64,000 nucleotides of DNA. Origin: Strigamia acuminata. Taxonomy: Eukaryota. Below the pieces are notes generated by a model. That model did not search any database. It had not been told where the DNA came from and was given only the letters and a program-made list of their open reading frames with translations. This document shows, one piece after another, positions 1 through 12,400 of the stretch. The position numbers and the translations under genes are program-made. The stretch spans positions 32,488,001 to 32,552,000 of the forward strand of contig OX442314.1 of NCBI GenBank assembly GCA_949358305.1, read 5' to 3'. The stretch's first letter is position 1. Every line of letters starts with the position of its first letter.

Positions 1-1474
1 CCGGAATAAATGTTATATGTTTTGAGAAAACATCAGGTTTGCATATTTTACATTTTCACACAGATAGTTCACACTTTAGTTTAGCAATTGCTATCTCCAG
101 AAGGTAATCGTCACAACTGCTTTTTCACACATGAACAGAAACATCACACGGATGCTTCACACCATTGCAACTTGAGTGACGTTTATCCATTTTTAGATCT
201 AGAATCAGACGTGTTAGAAATTAAAATTTTGTTTGGTTTTCGGCCAATAAAATATATTGTACTCCCCTAATCTGTGTTCTCGGAGCTCATTTCTACTGAA
301 CAGGTTAGACCGATTTAGTTCATTAAAAGATGATAAAAATTGAACCAAGATGACGCTAAAACATGAATGAAACTATGAAACTATCAAAAGTTCTAGTAAG
401 TGAGAAGAGTAACCGAAAAATGAAAATTAGTTTTTGTACTTTTTTTATTCTACAGTTTTCGTATGGCGAGAAATGAACTTAAAAAAATGTTTGAATGTGA
501 AGCGTGTTTGTCGGAGTTTAGTTATTTCTTCGTCAGATGGCGATACTCGGTTGAACTACACGACAATATGGATGCAGCGAAATTGAGATCGACGAGTTCA
601 ACTTTGGCTGATACAGTAAAGATTGTTCAAAGAAACTGGATCAAACATTTCCTGATGTGATGAAATATTCTATTTTTTAGATTGACTGAGCTGCGTATAA
701 TACATTTCAAGTCTCACGTGGCATTCCGAAGAAGGGTTCAAAACTCGGTCGACTGAAATGACGTGTTAAAATGAACAAGGCTGAACATGTGCTGATTACC
801 CGAGTAAGCAACAAAATTGATACGAAATCAAACATTATTCACAAATTTCAGACTGAATGGATCAACTTTGGTTGTTTTTCCTTTTCCTTTTTATTTGGTT
901 TAGTTGGAAAAATGAGTAGAAGCGACAGTAGGCTTTACTTTTATTTATTACAGGAAAAATATTTACAAAAACAATCTTGTTTCATTTGTCATAGTGTGCC
1001 TGCAAGTAAAACTTTGCACAGTAAATTAATACAAATAATTTTTGAATGATTAATATTTCAAGTTGTGAATGTGGAACCGCGTCTATCTTCTGCTGTACAA
1101 CTATACTGGAATCGGTATCCTTTCACGCTTCGATGTCATTATTCTACGTCATTTCTGCTACAAAAAAAATCGTTACAGCTGTGTTGTTTTCCTTTTCCAG
1201 CGCATATAAAAACGTCAAAAGAAGAAAATTTTGTTATTGGACCCGCCCTCAGGCTCGCTTCCAGGCCTCTGGTTAGAACCTTGGACATTCACGACATGTT
1301 TGTTGATTGTAGACTCCGCATGCCAATTATTTCATAACTTATTAATTTAAATCGAGTTAACTGGGCAACAGTTGCCAAAGCAAATCACCAGCAAATGAAT
1401 AATTAACATAGTGTGGTCGTGTATTTTGTATCGTGCATGTTGTGATTAACGATCAGACGTGGACAACTTGGATA

Positions 1475-4400
1475 ATGAACGTTCTAAGGATTTGTTTCGT
1501 TTGCTTCTTTTCTGGATTTATCGGCATTTCAAACAGTAATCTTTTAAGATTTATATAAATTGAAAAATAATCAGGAAATTTAAAGAAATTCTGGCAACTA
1601 ATCAGGGTATGTGTACATTTACCTTTAATTTTAGCACGGGAAAACACTTCTTTAGCTAACTTACACTTTGCTGACTATGATGAACTCGATTTTCATTTAT
1701 CTAAAATTGTACAAATCACAAACACGAGAAGAATACACATTATTTATAATCAGGATGATTATGGTTAGTAAAAATCCCAAATTTTATTTAGGTTTATGTT
1801 TTTAATTATCTTCTGTTCCTATTTTAGTTTTAAACTGTTTGACGAAATTAATCCGTTTTAATTGGATTGGAAAAATTCAAATGTCAGCACAACGATTCAG
1901 TAATGCGTCATTGGATTTCGATTATACTCCTTTTCAGCTGATTCTCATCTGGATAGAAAGTTTTGAGCAGGTAAAATTCTAATCATCATTCTAGTTATAT
2001 TTGTCGACCGACTGCCACGAATGTGTGACTGGTATGGTCTTCTCCATGCCAGGCGAGAGACTGATTACCATGGGGTGGGGAGCATACTCACTTAAATAAA
2101 ACAAGGAACTCCAGATTGTTGGGTTGTTGGCCTTTCTTAGTCTAGTTGTTTAGGGGTTGGAGACTCCCATCTACCCACATGTTGGCGGTGTTGCGAAAGC
2201 ACTTTTTTCTAGTTCTACTTCTAACAGTACACACTTGTTTTACATTTTAAAATAAATCTTTATTTCAGCTTGCCCAGTATTCTTTTTCATCAATTGAAAA
2301 CAAAGTGTTGATATTTGTCATCAAGGAAACACGTGGAACTCCAAATCCAAAGCATGATCTAGATTTGCCCGTATTACAGGATCTCATCATATGGAGACAG
2401 AATACAGTTTACTTATTCACATATGCTCAACACAGTAATGTATGAGTCAATAGTTTAAGTATTATTAACTGTATGTTTGCAGAATGTTCATTTTGTTCTT
2501 AATTAACACCGTTTATCTTCAACACATCTAAAAGTACGTGGTGTATACAAATCTGCTCGTTCAAAACGATACAGGGTCATTAATTGATGACACCAAAATG
2601 AAAACCACCGTTACGGATTAAAGATTGGTGCAATTTTTGTCTACAAAGATTAACATTCAATATATTTGATTTTTAAAATATATTAACTACCGTATATCTG
2701 CAAATAGCACACCCGTGCGCTATTTGCAAAAAAATTTTTTATTCCGAATTAGAAAAAATTATAACTTTGCATCGGCCAATTTGCGACGAAAATCACCAAA
2801 ACAGTGTGATAAATGGAACGTTTTGCATATGTTTTGGTAATTTCTACTGAAACATATGCAAAACGTTTCATTTATCATCCTTTTTCGGCACATTTCAAAA
2901 ATTTTGTTACGTTTCGGAAACGTAACAATTGGCCCCGCGCGCTAAATAAGGTTCGCGCCTTATTTGTAAAAACCATTTTGAGCCCGCGTGTTAATTAAGG
3001 TCCGCGGGCTAATAAAGGCCCGCGTAGTAATCGACAATATACGGTATATAATTTAAAATAAGGAAGTTTATTTATTTTGTACATATTTTTTTAATTTGAT
3101 ATTACAGAATTTTAGCTTGCAGTTATTGAAATATCAATCAGATGGGAACATTTTCCAAACAACCAACTTAGGGATAAATTGTGCGGAGCAACAAAAATGT
3201 CAATTTGAAAAGATTTCTCAAACACCAGTGATTCTGAAAAAACAAAATTTTACTGTAGCCAAGGTAAAGCATGCAACTACAATTGAAATAGTAATTACAA
3301 ATAATATTGCATGGCAGATTTATGGGGACAACTAATAGGGAGGAGGTAAAGCTGAATGGTGCAAGTGTGTCACGAAAGGTCCAGTGTAAATCTACCCAGC
3401 ACAGAAAGCAGTGTTTAATGGGTCTTCCCACAGAGGAAGACCAATGTTGACTATTTGGGGGACTGTTCCCAGCGAAAACAAAGACAATTCAATCCCTCTG
3501 TGATTAACCCTATCCATGACTATGGTATAACAGTGTGACGGCATGATCTTATCCATGGCAACTTGGGGACTTGTTACCATGGGGTAGGACGCATGCTCAC
3601 GTAAATAAAGATAGGAACTGCAGATTGTTGGGTGATTGGCCTTTATTAATCTGTTTGTCTAGGGGTTGGTCTCCCAGCTACCCATGTGCTTGCAGTGCCG
3701 CGAAGACACGCCACACCAGCAACCGGCCCGTCACGCACAGGGAGGGATCCCCATGTATGACGTGGTCAGTTAGCTTTAATTATTCTGCTGTTTTTACCCA
3801 TACGACCCATGCAATCGCTCATGGAGGCTGGTGGAGAGTAGGTCACATCAATGAACTACAATTGGAAAGGCCTGAGAACACTGACCCTTAGACAACTTAT
3901 AGTAACGGTTATTAACTATTGAATGCAGCGTCTTGAGTCTTTATTCTCGTGTTATGGGAGAGGAAAATATGCTGTGATTAGATGTAGGGGTGTCTTTAGG
4001 TTTGTACAGTAAAGTACAACTTAAATCCCATACAGGCCCAAACAGAAAGTAATGACCAAACAGAAAATACTGAGAATAGTAATCGACTTAACGTCAACAA
4101 AGAAATCATTAAATACAGTCTCTTGTGCCCATTTCTATCAATGTGTTGTGCGTCCGGCCCTGTTTATGCATTCCTGTGCGCTATTTGTGTCCGTCCTTTC
4201 TCGCAACATGACAGTTTCATTGGTGATGTGTTGTGGAATAAGGTTGAGGGATGGTTTTTTGCGGTGTCAAGTACACTCCTATCCCATACTTGGCCAAAGC
4301 AAAATTAATAATCAAAAAAGAAAATAGTGAAAATGATAATCGAACACAAATTAACGACGAAATTATCTTGATTTTTATAGGCTGTAAAAGTAAAAGTAAC

Positions 4401-7337
4401 ATTTTCCGAGATGCTTGATCACGTATTGGAGAAATTCAGTAACATTTGGTAAAGTTTTTGTTGTTTGGTAAACTATACTTTCATCACTTGGTTGACAAAA
4501 ACCTTTCTAAATTTCTAGCTCAATAGTAAATATTACCATTAAGCTTGACAATAATATGGTTACAAATCTGAAGAAGAAAGTAAGTGTGTTAATTAAAACG
4601 TTGTGATATTAGTAAGTTTGCACAAGGTTACTATTCCTTATATGGTTAGTACAGGATAGCTGGAAGTACAGTCGGTTCCAATAAGTTGAGACTAACCTGA
4701 AATTTTTGTGAGCAAATTTATTTTGTCACAATTATAAACGAGAAAAAAGCAAACAAACTGGCTTGGCAGATTGAAATCTGAATAAAGAATCAATTACCGT
4801 TTATAATCTCTCCTACCCGCAACAATAATGTTTAGGAAATTAACTTCAGCTTTCTCAAAGGGACTCATGTTTAGCTTTAATTATTCAAGTCAGAAAGCTA
4901 GTTTAGAGATATCTGGCATTTAACTAAAACTCATAAAATAATTATCACTTACATGCTTTTGTTCAATACAATCTTAATTCTAAAATAAATAACGTAATTG
5001 AAAATAATTTAAGTTATTACCACAACATAACTTACAAGTTAGGCATATGCCTAAGTTATGTTATGATAATTACTGAGCTCATGCCTGTCCATGCACTAGA
5101 AGGTAGTTGCTAGTTTGGGAACTCTAGAAAAACTGACCTTAATTACATCACAGTGGCAAACGCCATCTGTTGAGCTTTTATTGCCCTGTACCAGCTGAAA
5201 TGAAGTGCAGAAGCCTGTGACTGGGCTATGGTCTTACCCGCGCAGTATGGGGAATTACTGAGCGAGAGGGACGCATACCTTTACGTAAAACAAGACAGGA
5301 GACTCAGATTGTTGGGGTTGGCCTTTAATCAGTTGTCTAGGGGTTAGGTCACCTATCCTACTGTGCTGTAGTGCCAGTAGGCACGCTCCGACCCGTCACA
5401 CACAGGGCGGAAGCCCCATGAGTGACGTGGTCGGTCGCATTGGACAAACATTCTGTCATACTCACCTGTACGACCCATGTAGCCGCTCACGGTACTGCAG
5501 CAGTCATCTCTGGATTTGCCACTAAGCGTTACAGTGGTGAATGGTGAGAGCAGCAGAGCTGAGCAGAGTTGGCAGTTGTCTCTACCAGCGTTTGAACCGT
5601 GGCAGCTCGCATTAGACACGTCCTCACCCTCGGCTGTCCTCACAACGTCTCTCTCTCACCACACCACTCTGCTCGTACCGCCCCTGCTAGGCCGGTCCAC
5701 TCCTCCGTGAGGGGGACGGCTTGGGGCCACCAGATGGTGTGTGGAGTGACGTAGGCCACTAGGGTGGCCAAACGGTCACAAGCCAGCCAATTCACGGGAT
5801 CGCTTATACAAGAGGACAAAATCATTTTCTCTAGAAATTATGTATGTAATTGATTTTAATCCAAAGAAATTGCACGCTTTAATATATGTTAACACACAAC
5901 AATTTTCAGAATTCATTTTTTATTCAACTTGCCTATTTTTTTTTCAGCAATATGACATCGTCAGAATGATATTTGGAATGAGTACAGAACGTGTGCTGAA
6001 TTTCGACTTTGTCAATTTTCCGAGCTACAGAGGCACATTTGCATTCGTCATGCGACAGGACAGTGTCATCAAAGAATACTTATGGTTGACATTTTTCAAA
6101 CCGTTTTCTATGGTTGTTTGGTTGTGTATTTTAGCTACTTATTTCTTGATCGCGCTGTCTCTTGGTTCGATGACCCAAAACCACAAAAGCAAACCCTCAA
6201 GTTCAGGTAAATACACTTCAATGAGATTACTAATCAATGTACAAGTCATGTTTACAAGTACCATCAACTTCAAATAATTTTTATTGTACGTTAAAGCTAT
6301 TACTGGAACAGAAAACTTGTTTTGTTTGCTAATCATTTCAAGCTACAGTGCGGTACTGTATACATCACTCACTGTTACAACATCACGCCTGCAATACAAC
6401 AGCATTCAAGACGTATTGTTAGACGAAAGAGTTAATCTTTACGCTTTTGGAGTGTGGTTCCCTTACAAGCTTATTAAGGTAATGGATAGAAATGTCAAAA
6501 CACCGCCTGACTTGAATTGTTACACTATTAAAATATCAAAAGGTGCCTGTAAAACATACTTAAGCGGTTATGAATGCAATCTTTTTATGCCTTTTTTTTG
6601 GAATTGTGCACCCATGTAGATAGAGTTTAGTACAGACCAACAAATGATAGTGTATGGATTTGAAATTTGTAGGTGGTACTTGTAATAGCATAGGATGTTC
6701 TTATTTTTCTATGGCAGAATGCAGAAACAAATCTTACACGGGAAATTTGGCATCGGATGGAAAAAAGTCCCGGAGAAGGAAGCATTTCTTTGACTGATGC
6801 TCCAAAACTACTTTCGACGAACAAAAATGCCATCATCCACTTGTACAATATCCTCAAACAGATGTACGGACAAAACTGTACGTTTAGTTTTATACAAATT
6901 CCCATGGGGGATATTTCAACTTATTTCATGTTTAATAAAAAATCCAAATATGTTGAGTTATTTAATCAGAAGTGAGTACTGTAGTAGTAAATTTGTAAAG
7001 GTTTTAAAATTCAACTTCAATTATACGTTTTAGCATTTTGAACCAAAACGAAAAAGGAATCGTAAAAAGACTCGACGATAAATACAAAACATCAACATTT
7101 TGTCAGACAAGAAATTATGACTGCAAACCCATCTCTATTTACCACACAATCACAGCATTTCTGATTTTAATTGGAGGAATTTTCTGCTCTGGAATTATAT
7201 TTCTCGTGGAATTTTTTTATTGGAACAAGTTTGAAACTGACAATGTGCGCACAAATCCACATCCACCTGTTATCGTAGCAACTGAGAGCGTAGAAGCTGA
7301 AGCTGACTCATGTCATGTCTTAGTGTCAGCAAGTTAA
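1475..7337 (+). CDS. Divergent ionotropic receptor (IR/iGluR-family) gene, tandem copy 1 (multi-exon)
   Basis: The 3' exons splice in frame at GT-AG sites: 5948-6206 (S1/M1: ERVLNFDF...FFKPFSMVVWLCILATY), 6297-6478 (M3: LLIISSYSAVLYTSLT...YNSIQDVL), 6718-6971 (S2: EIWHRM...ELFNQ) and 7034-7337 (EKGIVKRL..C..KPISIYHTITAFLILIGG). AATAAA follows the stop. The 5' exons ~1635-1762, 1828-1970 and 2269-2439 also join in frame. The start codon and exons between ~2480 and 5940 are unresolved. Confidence 0.8.
2690..3044. mobile_element. Tc1/mariner-pogo-type MITE
   Basis: CCGTATA...TATACGG termini with TA duplication and GC-rich subterminal repeats (ggcccgcg/taataagg). Absent at the same position in copy 3 (~20215). 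Confidence 0.75.
5216..5780. mobile_element. Solo LTR (565 bp)
   Basis: TGTGAC...GTCACA termini and 4-bp TSD AGCC (5212-5215 / 5781-5784). Empty site in copy 4 (~62435). Degenerate relatives at ~2023-2200, ~3534-3890, ~20855-21120 and ~32997-33145. Confidence 0.75.
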
Positions 7338-9419
7338 ACTCTTAATAAAGCAACATTAATGACCTACACTTACTCAAATGTAAAATAATAAATATTTTGA
7401 CTGTATTGGGTAGTTTCTACACACATTTAGCAACTGCTTTTGCACACATGAACATAAACATCACCCGGATGCTTCACAACATTGCTACTTGAGTGACATT
7501 TTTATATTTTTAGATCTAGAATCAGACCTGTTAAAAATTAAAATTTTATTTGGTTACCGGCCAATAAAATATATTGTACTCCCCTAATCTGTGTTCTCGG
7601 AGCTCATTTCTACTGAATCGGTTAGGCCGATTTAGTTCATGAAAAGATGATGAAAATTGTCAATTCCAGTTGGTGAAACTGACATGAACCAAGATGACGC
7701 TGAAACCAGCATGAAACTATGAGACTATCAAAAGGTCTAGTAAGTGAGAAGAGTAACCGAAAAAAGGAAATTAGTTTTTGTACTTTTTTTTTATTCTACA
7801 GTTTTCGTATCGCGAGAAATAAACTTGAAAAAATGTTTGAATTTGGAGCGTGATTGTCGGAGTTTAGTTATTTCTTCGCCAGATGGCGATACTCGGTTGA
7901 CCTACACGACAACATGGATGCAGCGAGATCGAGATCGACGAGTTCAACTTGGCGGAAAGAGTAAAGATTTTTCATAGAAACTTGATCATACATTTCGTTA
8001 TGTGATGAAATATTCCGTCTTTTAGATTGACTGAGCTGCGTATAATACATTTCAAGTCTCACGTGGCATTTAACCGAAGGATGGGTTCAAAACTCGGTCG
8101 ATTGAAATGACGTGTTAAAATGCAACTTGTGCTGATTGCTCGGGTAAGCAACAAAATTGATACGAAATCAAACATTATTCACAAATTTCAGACTTTGGTC
8201 GTTTTTAATGACTAATGAAAATCAGTGCTGGATTTAAATATTGCCAGGCCGAATGCTGCGACAAATATGGGGCCTTTATCTGTCGTGAATAAGTATAGTC
8301 TATCGAATTACACGGAAACTTGAGATAATTTAGAGAACTGCACACCGTTTTTTTCCGTGGGTTTCCAACATGATTCCTTTGCTGCTTGGTTTAAGTAAGA
8401 AATTTTCTGCCTGCATCTCCCGTTTGTAACCTCAAAGGCATATACAGTATTTCCACTTGCTTCGACGTGTTAGTCAACCACCTTGAAGCCACTGCTGTGC
8501 ACACTGCTGTGTATTTCTGATGATTTTCTAACAACATTAGACGAAGCTAATGGTCAGATAAATGCTGTATACCGCATTGAGATATATAATCCGAGAGACG
8601 TTCGGTCTTGCATTCCGTTTCAGGTGACTTTATAATACAATTTAACTTGAACACAATAAAGTCACCTCGTACTTGTTTATTATTTTTTTTAAAAAAATAT
8701 TTGCATACAGTACAAATGCATGGATATCAAATTCGTTTTGGCTAATGGGTCTGTTGAATTCCAGTGTAGCAGGGTTGTAGTGGCGGGTACACGCGATGTC
8801 GTTTAGTGTTTGTTGCAGTGGTACAAAGTGTGCTTTTCCTTTTTATTTGGCTGGGTTGGAAAAATGAGTAGAAGCGACAGTAGTCTTTACTTTTATTTAT
8901 TACAGGAAAAATATTTACGAAAAGAATCTTGTTTCATTTGTCATAGTGTACCTGCAAGTAAAACTTTGTACAGTAAATCAATACAAATAATTTTTGAATG
9001 ATGAATATTTCAACTTGTGAATGTGGAGCCGCGTCTATCTTCTACTGTTCAACTATACTGGAATTGGGATCCTTTCACGTTTCAACGTCATTATTGTACG
9101 TCATTTTTGCTACAAAGAAAATCGTTACTGCTGTGTTGTTTTCCTTTTCCAGCACATAGAAAAACGTCAAAAGAAGAAAATTTTGTTATTGGACCCGCCC
9201 TCAGGCTCGCCTCCAGGCCTTGGACAGTCACGACATGTTTGTGGATGTAGATTGAAGACACCGCATGCCAATTATTTTATAACTTATTAATTTAAATCGA
9301 GTTAACTGGGCAACAGTTGCCAAAGCAAATCACCAACAAATGAATAATTAACATAGTGTGGTCGTGTATTTTGTATCGTGCATGTTGTGATTAACGACCA
9401 GACGTGGACAACTTGGAGA

Positions 9420-12400
9420 ATGAACGTTCTAAGAGTTTGCTTCGTTTGCTTCTTTTCTGGATTTATCGGCATTTTAAACAGTAATCTTTTAAAAATTATA
9501 TAACTTGAAAAATAATCAGGAAATTTAAAGAAATTATGGCAACTAATCAGGGTATGTGTACATTTACCTTTGGTTTTTAGCACGGGAAAAAACTTCTTTA
9601 GCAAACTTATCCTTTGCTGACTATAATGAACTCGATTTTCATTTATCTAAAATTGTACAAATCACAAACACGAGAAGAATACACATTATTTATTATCAGG
9701 ATGATTATGGTTAGTAAAAATCCCAAATTGTATTTAGGTTTATGTATTTATTTATCTTCTGTTCCTATTCTAGTTTTAAACTGTTTGACGAAATTAATCC
9801 GTTTCAATTGGATTGGAAAAATTCAAATGTCAGCACAACGATTCAGTAATGCGTCATTAGATTTCGATTATACTCCTTTCCAGCTGATTCTCATCTGGAT
9901 AGAAAGTTTTGAGCAGGTAAAGATCTAATTATCATTCTGGTTATATTTGTTGACCGACTGCCATGAATGCTTGTTGGTCTTGACAGATCTTCTTTTTATT
10001 TCTAATTCTAACAGTATACGCTTGTTTTACATTTTAAAATAAATCTTTGTTTCAGCTTGCCCAGTATGCTTTCTTATCAATTGAAAACAAAGTGTTGATA
10101 TTTGTCATCCAGGAAACACGAGGAACTCCAAATCCAAAGCATGATCTAGATTTGCCCGTATTACAGGATCTAATCATATGGAGACAGAATAAAGTTTACT
10201 TATTCACATATGCTCAACACAGTAATGTATGAGTCAATAGTTTAAGTATTATTAACTGTATGTTTGCAGAATGTTCATTTTGTTCTTAATTAAAACCGTT
10301 TATTTCAAAACATCTAAAAGTACATGGTGTATCCAAATCTACCACGTTCAAAACGATACAGGGTCATTAATTGATGACACCAAAATGAAAACCACCGTTG
10401 CAGGTTAACGATTGGTGCAATTTTTGTCTACAAAGATTAACATTCAATATATTTGATTTTTAAAATATATAACCTGTATATTTAAAAATAAGGAAGGTTA
10501 TATATATGTACTGTACATATTTTTTTATCGTATATTACAGAATTTTAGTTTGCGGTTAGTGAAACATCAATCTGAGGGGACCATTTTCCAAACAACCAAC
10601 TTAAGGATAAATTGTGCGGAGCAACAAAAATGTCAATTTGAAAAGATTTCTCAAACAACAGTGATTCTGAAAAAACAAAATTTTACTGTAGCCAAGGTTA
10701 TGCAAGCAACTACAATTGAAATAGTAATTATAAATAATATTGCATGGCAGATTTATGGGGACAACTAATAGTGAGGAGGTAAAGCTGAATGGTGCAAGAG
10801 TGTCACAAAAGGTCCAGTGTAAATCTACCCAGCACAGAAAGCAGTTTTTAATGGGTCTTCCACAGCGGAAGACCAATGTTGACTATTTGGTGGACTGTTC
10901 CCAGAGAAAACAAAGACAATCCAATCCCTCTGTGATAACCGTTTATTTATAAACTAAATTTGCTTTAAGTTCACTAAAAATCTCACTGTTAGTCACATTT
11001 AAACTTTCTGTTGCCCCCAGGAAAAGTAGGCTGCTCTAGCCGCCGGTGGCAAAAAAATTAACTGCTCATTTTGAGCTGAAGCAGCGTGGCAGCATGTGAA
11101 GATTTTTTTGTCCATAGGTGTACAACTTATATCCCACACAGACCCAAACAGAAAGTAACAACCAAAGAGAAAATACTGAGAATAGTAATCGACTTAACGT
11201 CAACAAAGAAATGATTAAATACAGTCTCTTGTGCTCATTTCTATCAACGTGTTGTGCGTTCGGCGCTGTTTATGCATTCCTGTGCGCTATTTGTGTCTGT
11301 CCATTCTCACAACATTGACAGTTTCATTGGTGATGTGTTGTGGGATGAGGTTGAGGGATGGTTCTTTGGGGTGTCAACTACACTCCTATCTCATACTTGC
11401 CCAAAGAAAAATTAATAATCAAAAAAGAAAATAGTGAAAACGATAATCGAACACAAGTTAACTAGGAAATCATCTTGATTTTTATAGGTTGAAATAAAAC
11501 CGAAATACGGTTTTCTATTAAAAATTTTCGAAATTCTTGATCACGTATTGGAGAAATTCAGTAACATTTGGTAAATTTTTTGTTGCTTGGTAAACTATAC
11601 TTTCAGTTGGTTGACAAAAACTTTTCTACATTTCTAGCTCAATAGTAAATATTACCATTAAGGATGACAATAATAAACTTAAAAATCTGAAGAAGAACGT
11701 AAGTGTGTTAATTACAACGTTGTGATAATAGAGAGTTTGCGGGATGCATTTTTCCCTTATTTTGTGCCACGTTACACTATTTTAGTGCCTTATCGTAAAG
11801 GAAAAATCTTTAGTGTATCGTTTCCAACACTAAATTAAAATATAGCGCAGCCAATCAGAATTGAGAACACTATATTGGTAGCTCCGCCCATTGCAAATGG
11901 CGATTATTTTGTTGTCCCGATCAAACACATCAGTCATAGGTACATAGATTGAATGACAAGTGAGGCCCAAAATTGAATTTTAGGCCCAAAATCATACTTT
12001 ATAGGCATAATAATGGAATTTTATGCAGAAATTTGCACATTTACGCCCTCAAATTAAATTTTTAGGCCCAAAATTACTAACTGTCAGTAGTTGGCTGAAA
12101 TAGTGTAGTGATAAGGGAAAAGTGCAGCCCGCAAAAACTTAATTTATCATTTTTCCCTTACACTATTTTTATACCGTATAGTGTTTAACTGTAAGGGAAA
12201 AATGCATCCCGCAAACTCTCTATAAGGAAGTTTGCACAAATCACTATTCCTTATATGGTTCGTACAGGAAAGCTGGAAGTACAGTTGGTTCCAATAAGTT
12301 GAGACTACCCTGAAGTTTTTGTGAGCAAATTAATTTTGTCACAATTATAAACGAGAAAAAAAGCAAACAAACTGGCTTGGCAGATTGAAATCTGAATAAA

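Noticed and set aside
463..1337. Short ORFs repeated in every spacer (MARNELKK.., MNVEPRLSS..)
   Set aside because: Frames, stops and lengths differ between units and no domain is recognisable; repetition follows from the tandem duplication. A decayed gene cannot be excluded.
2481..2640. Candidate IR exon after TTTGCAG
   Set aside because: All frames contain stops and the copies differ by 1-nt indels; it could not be placed in the gene model.
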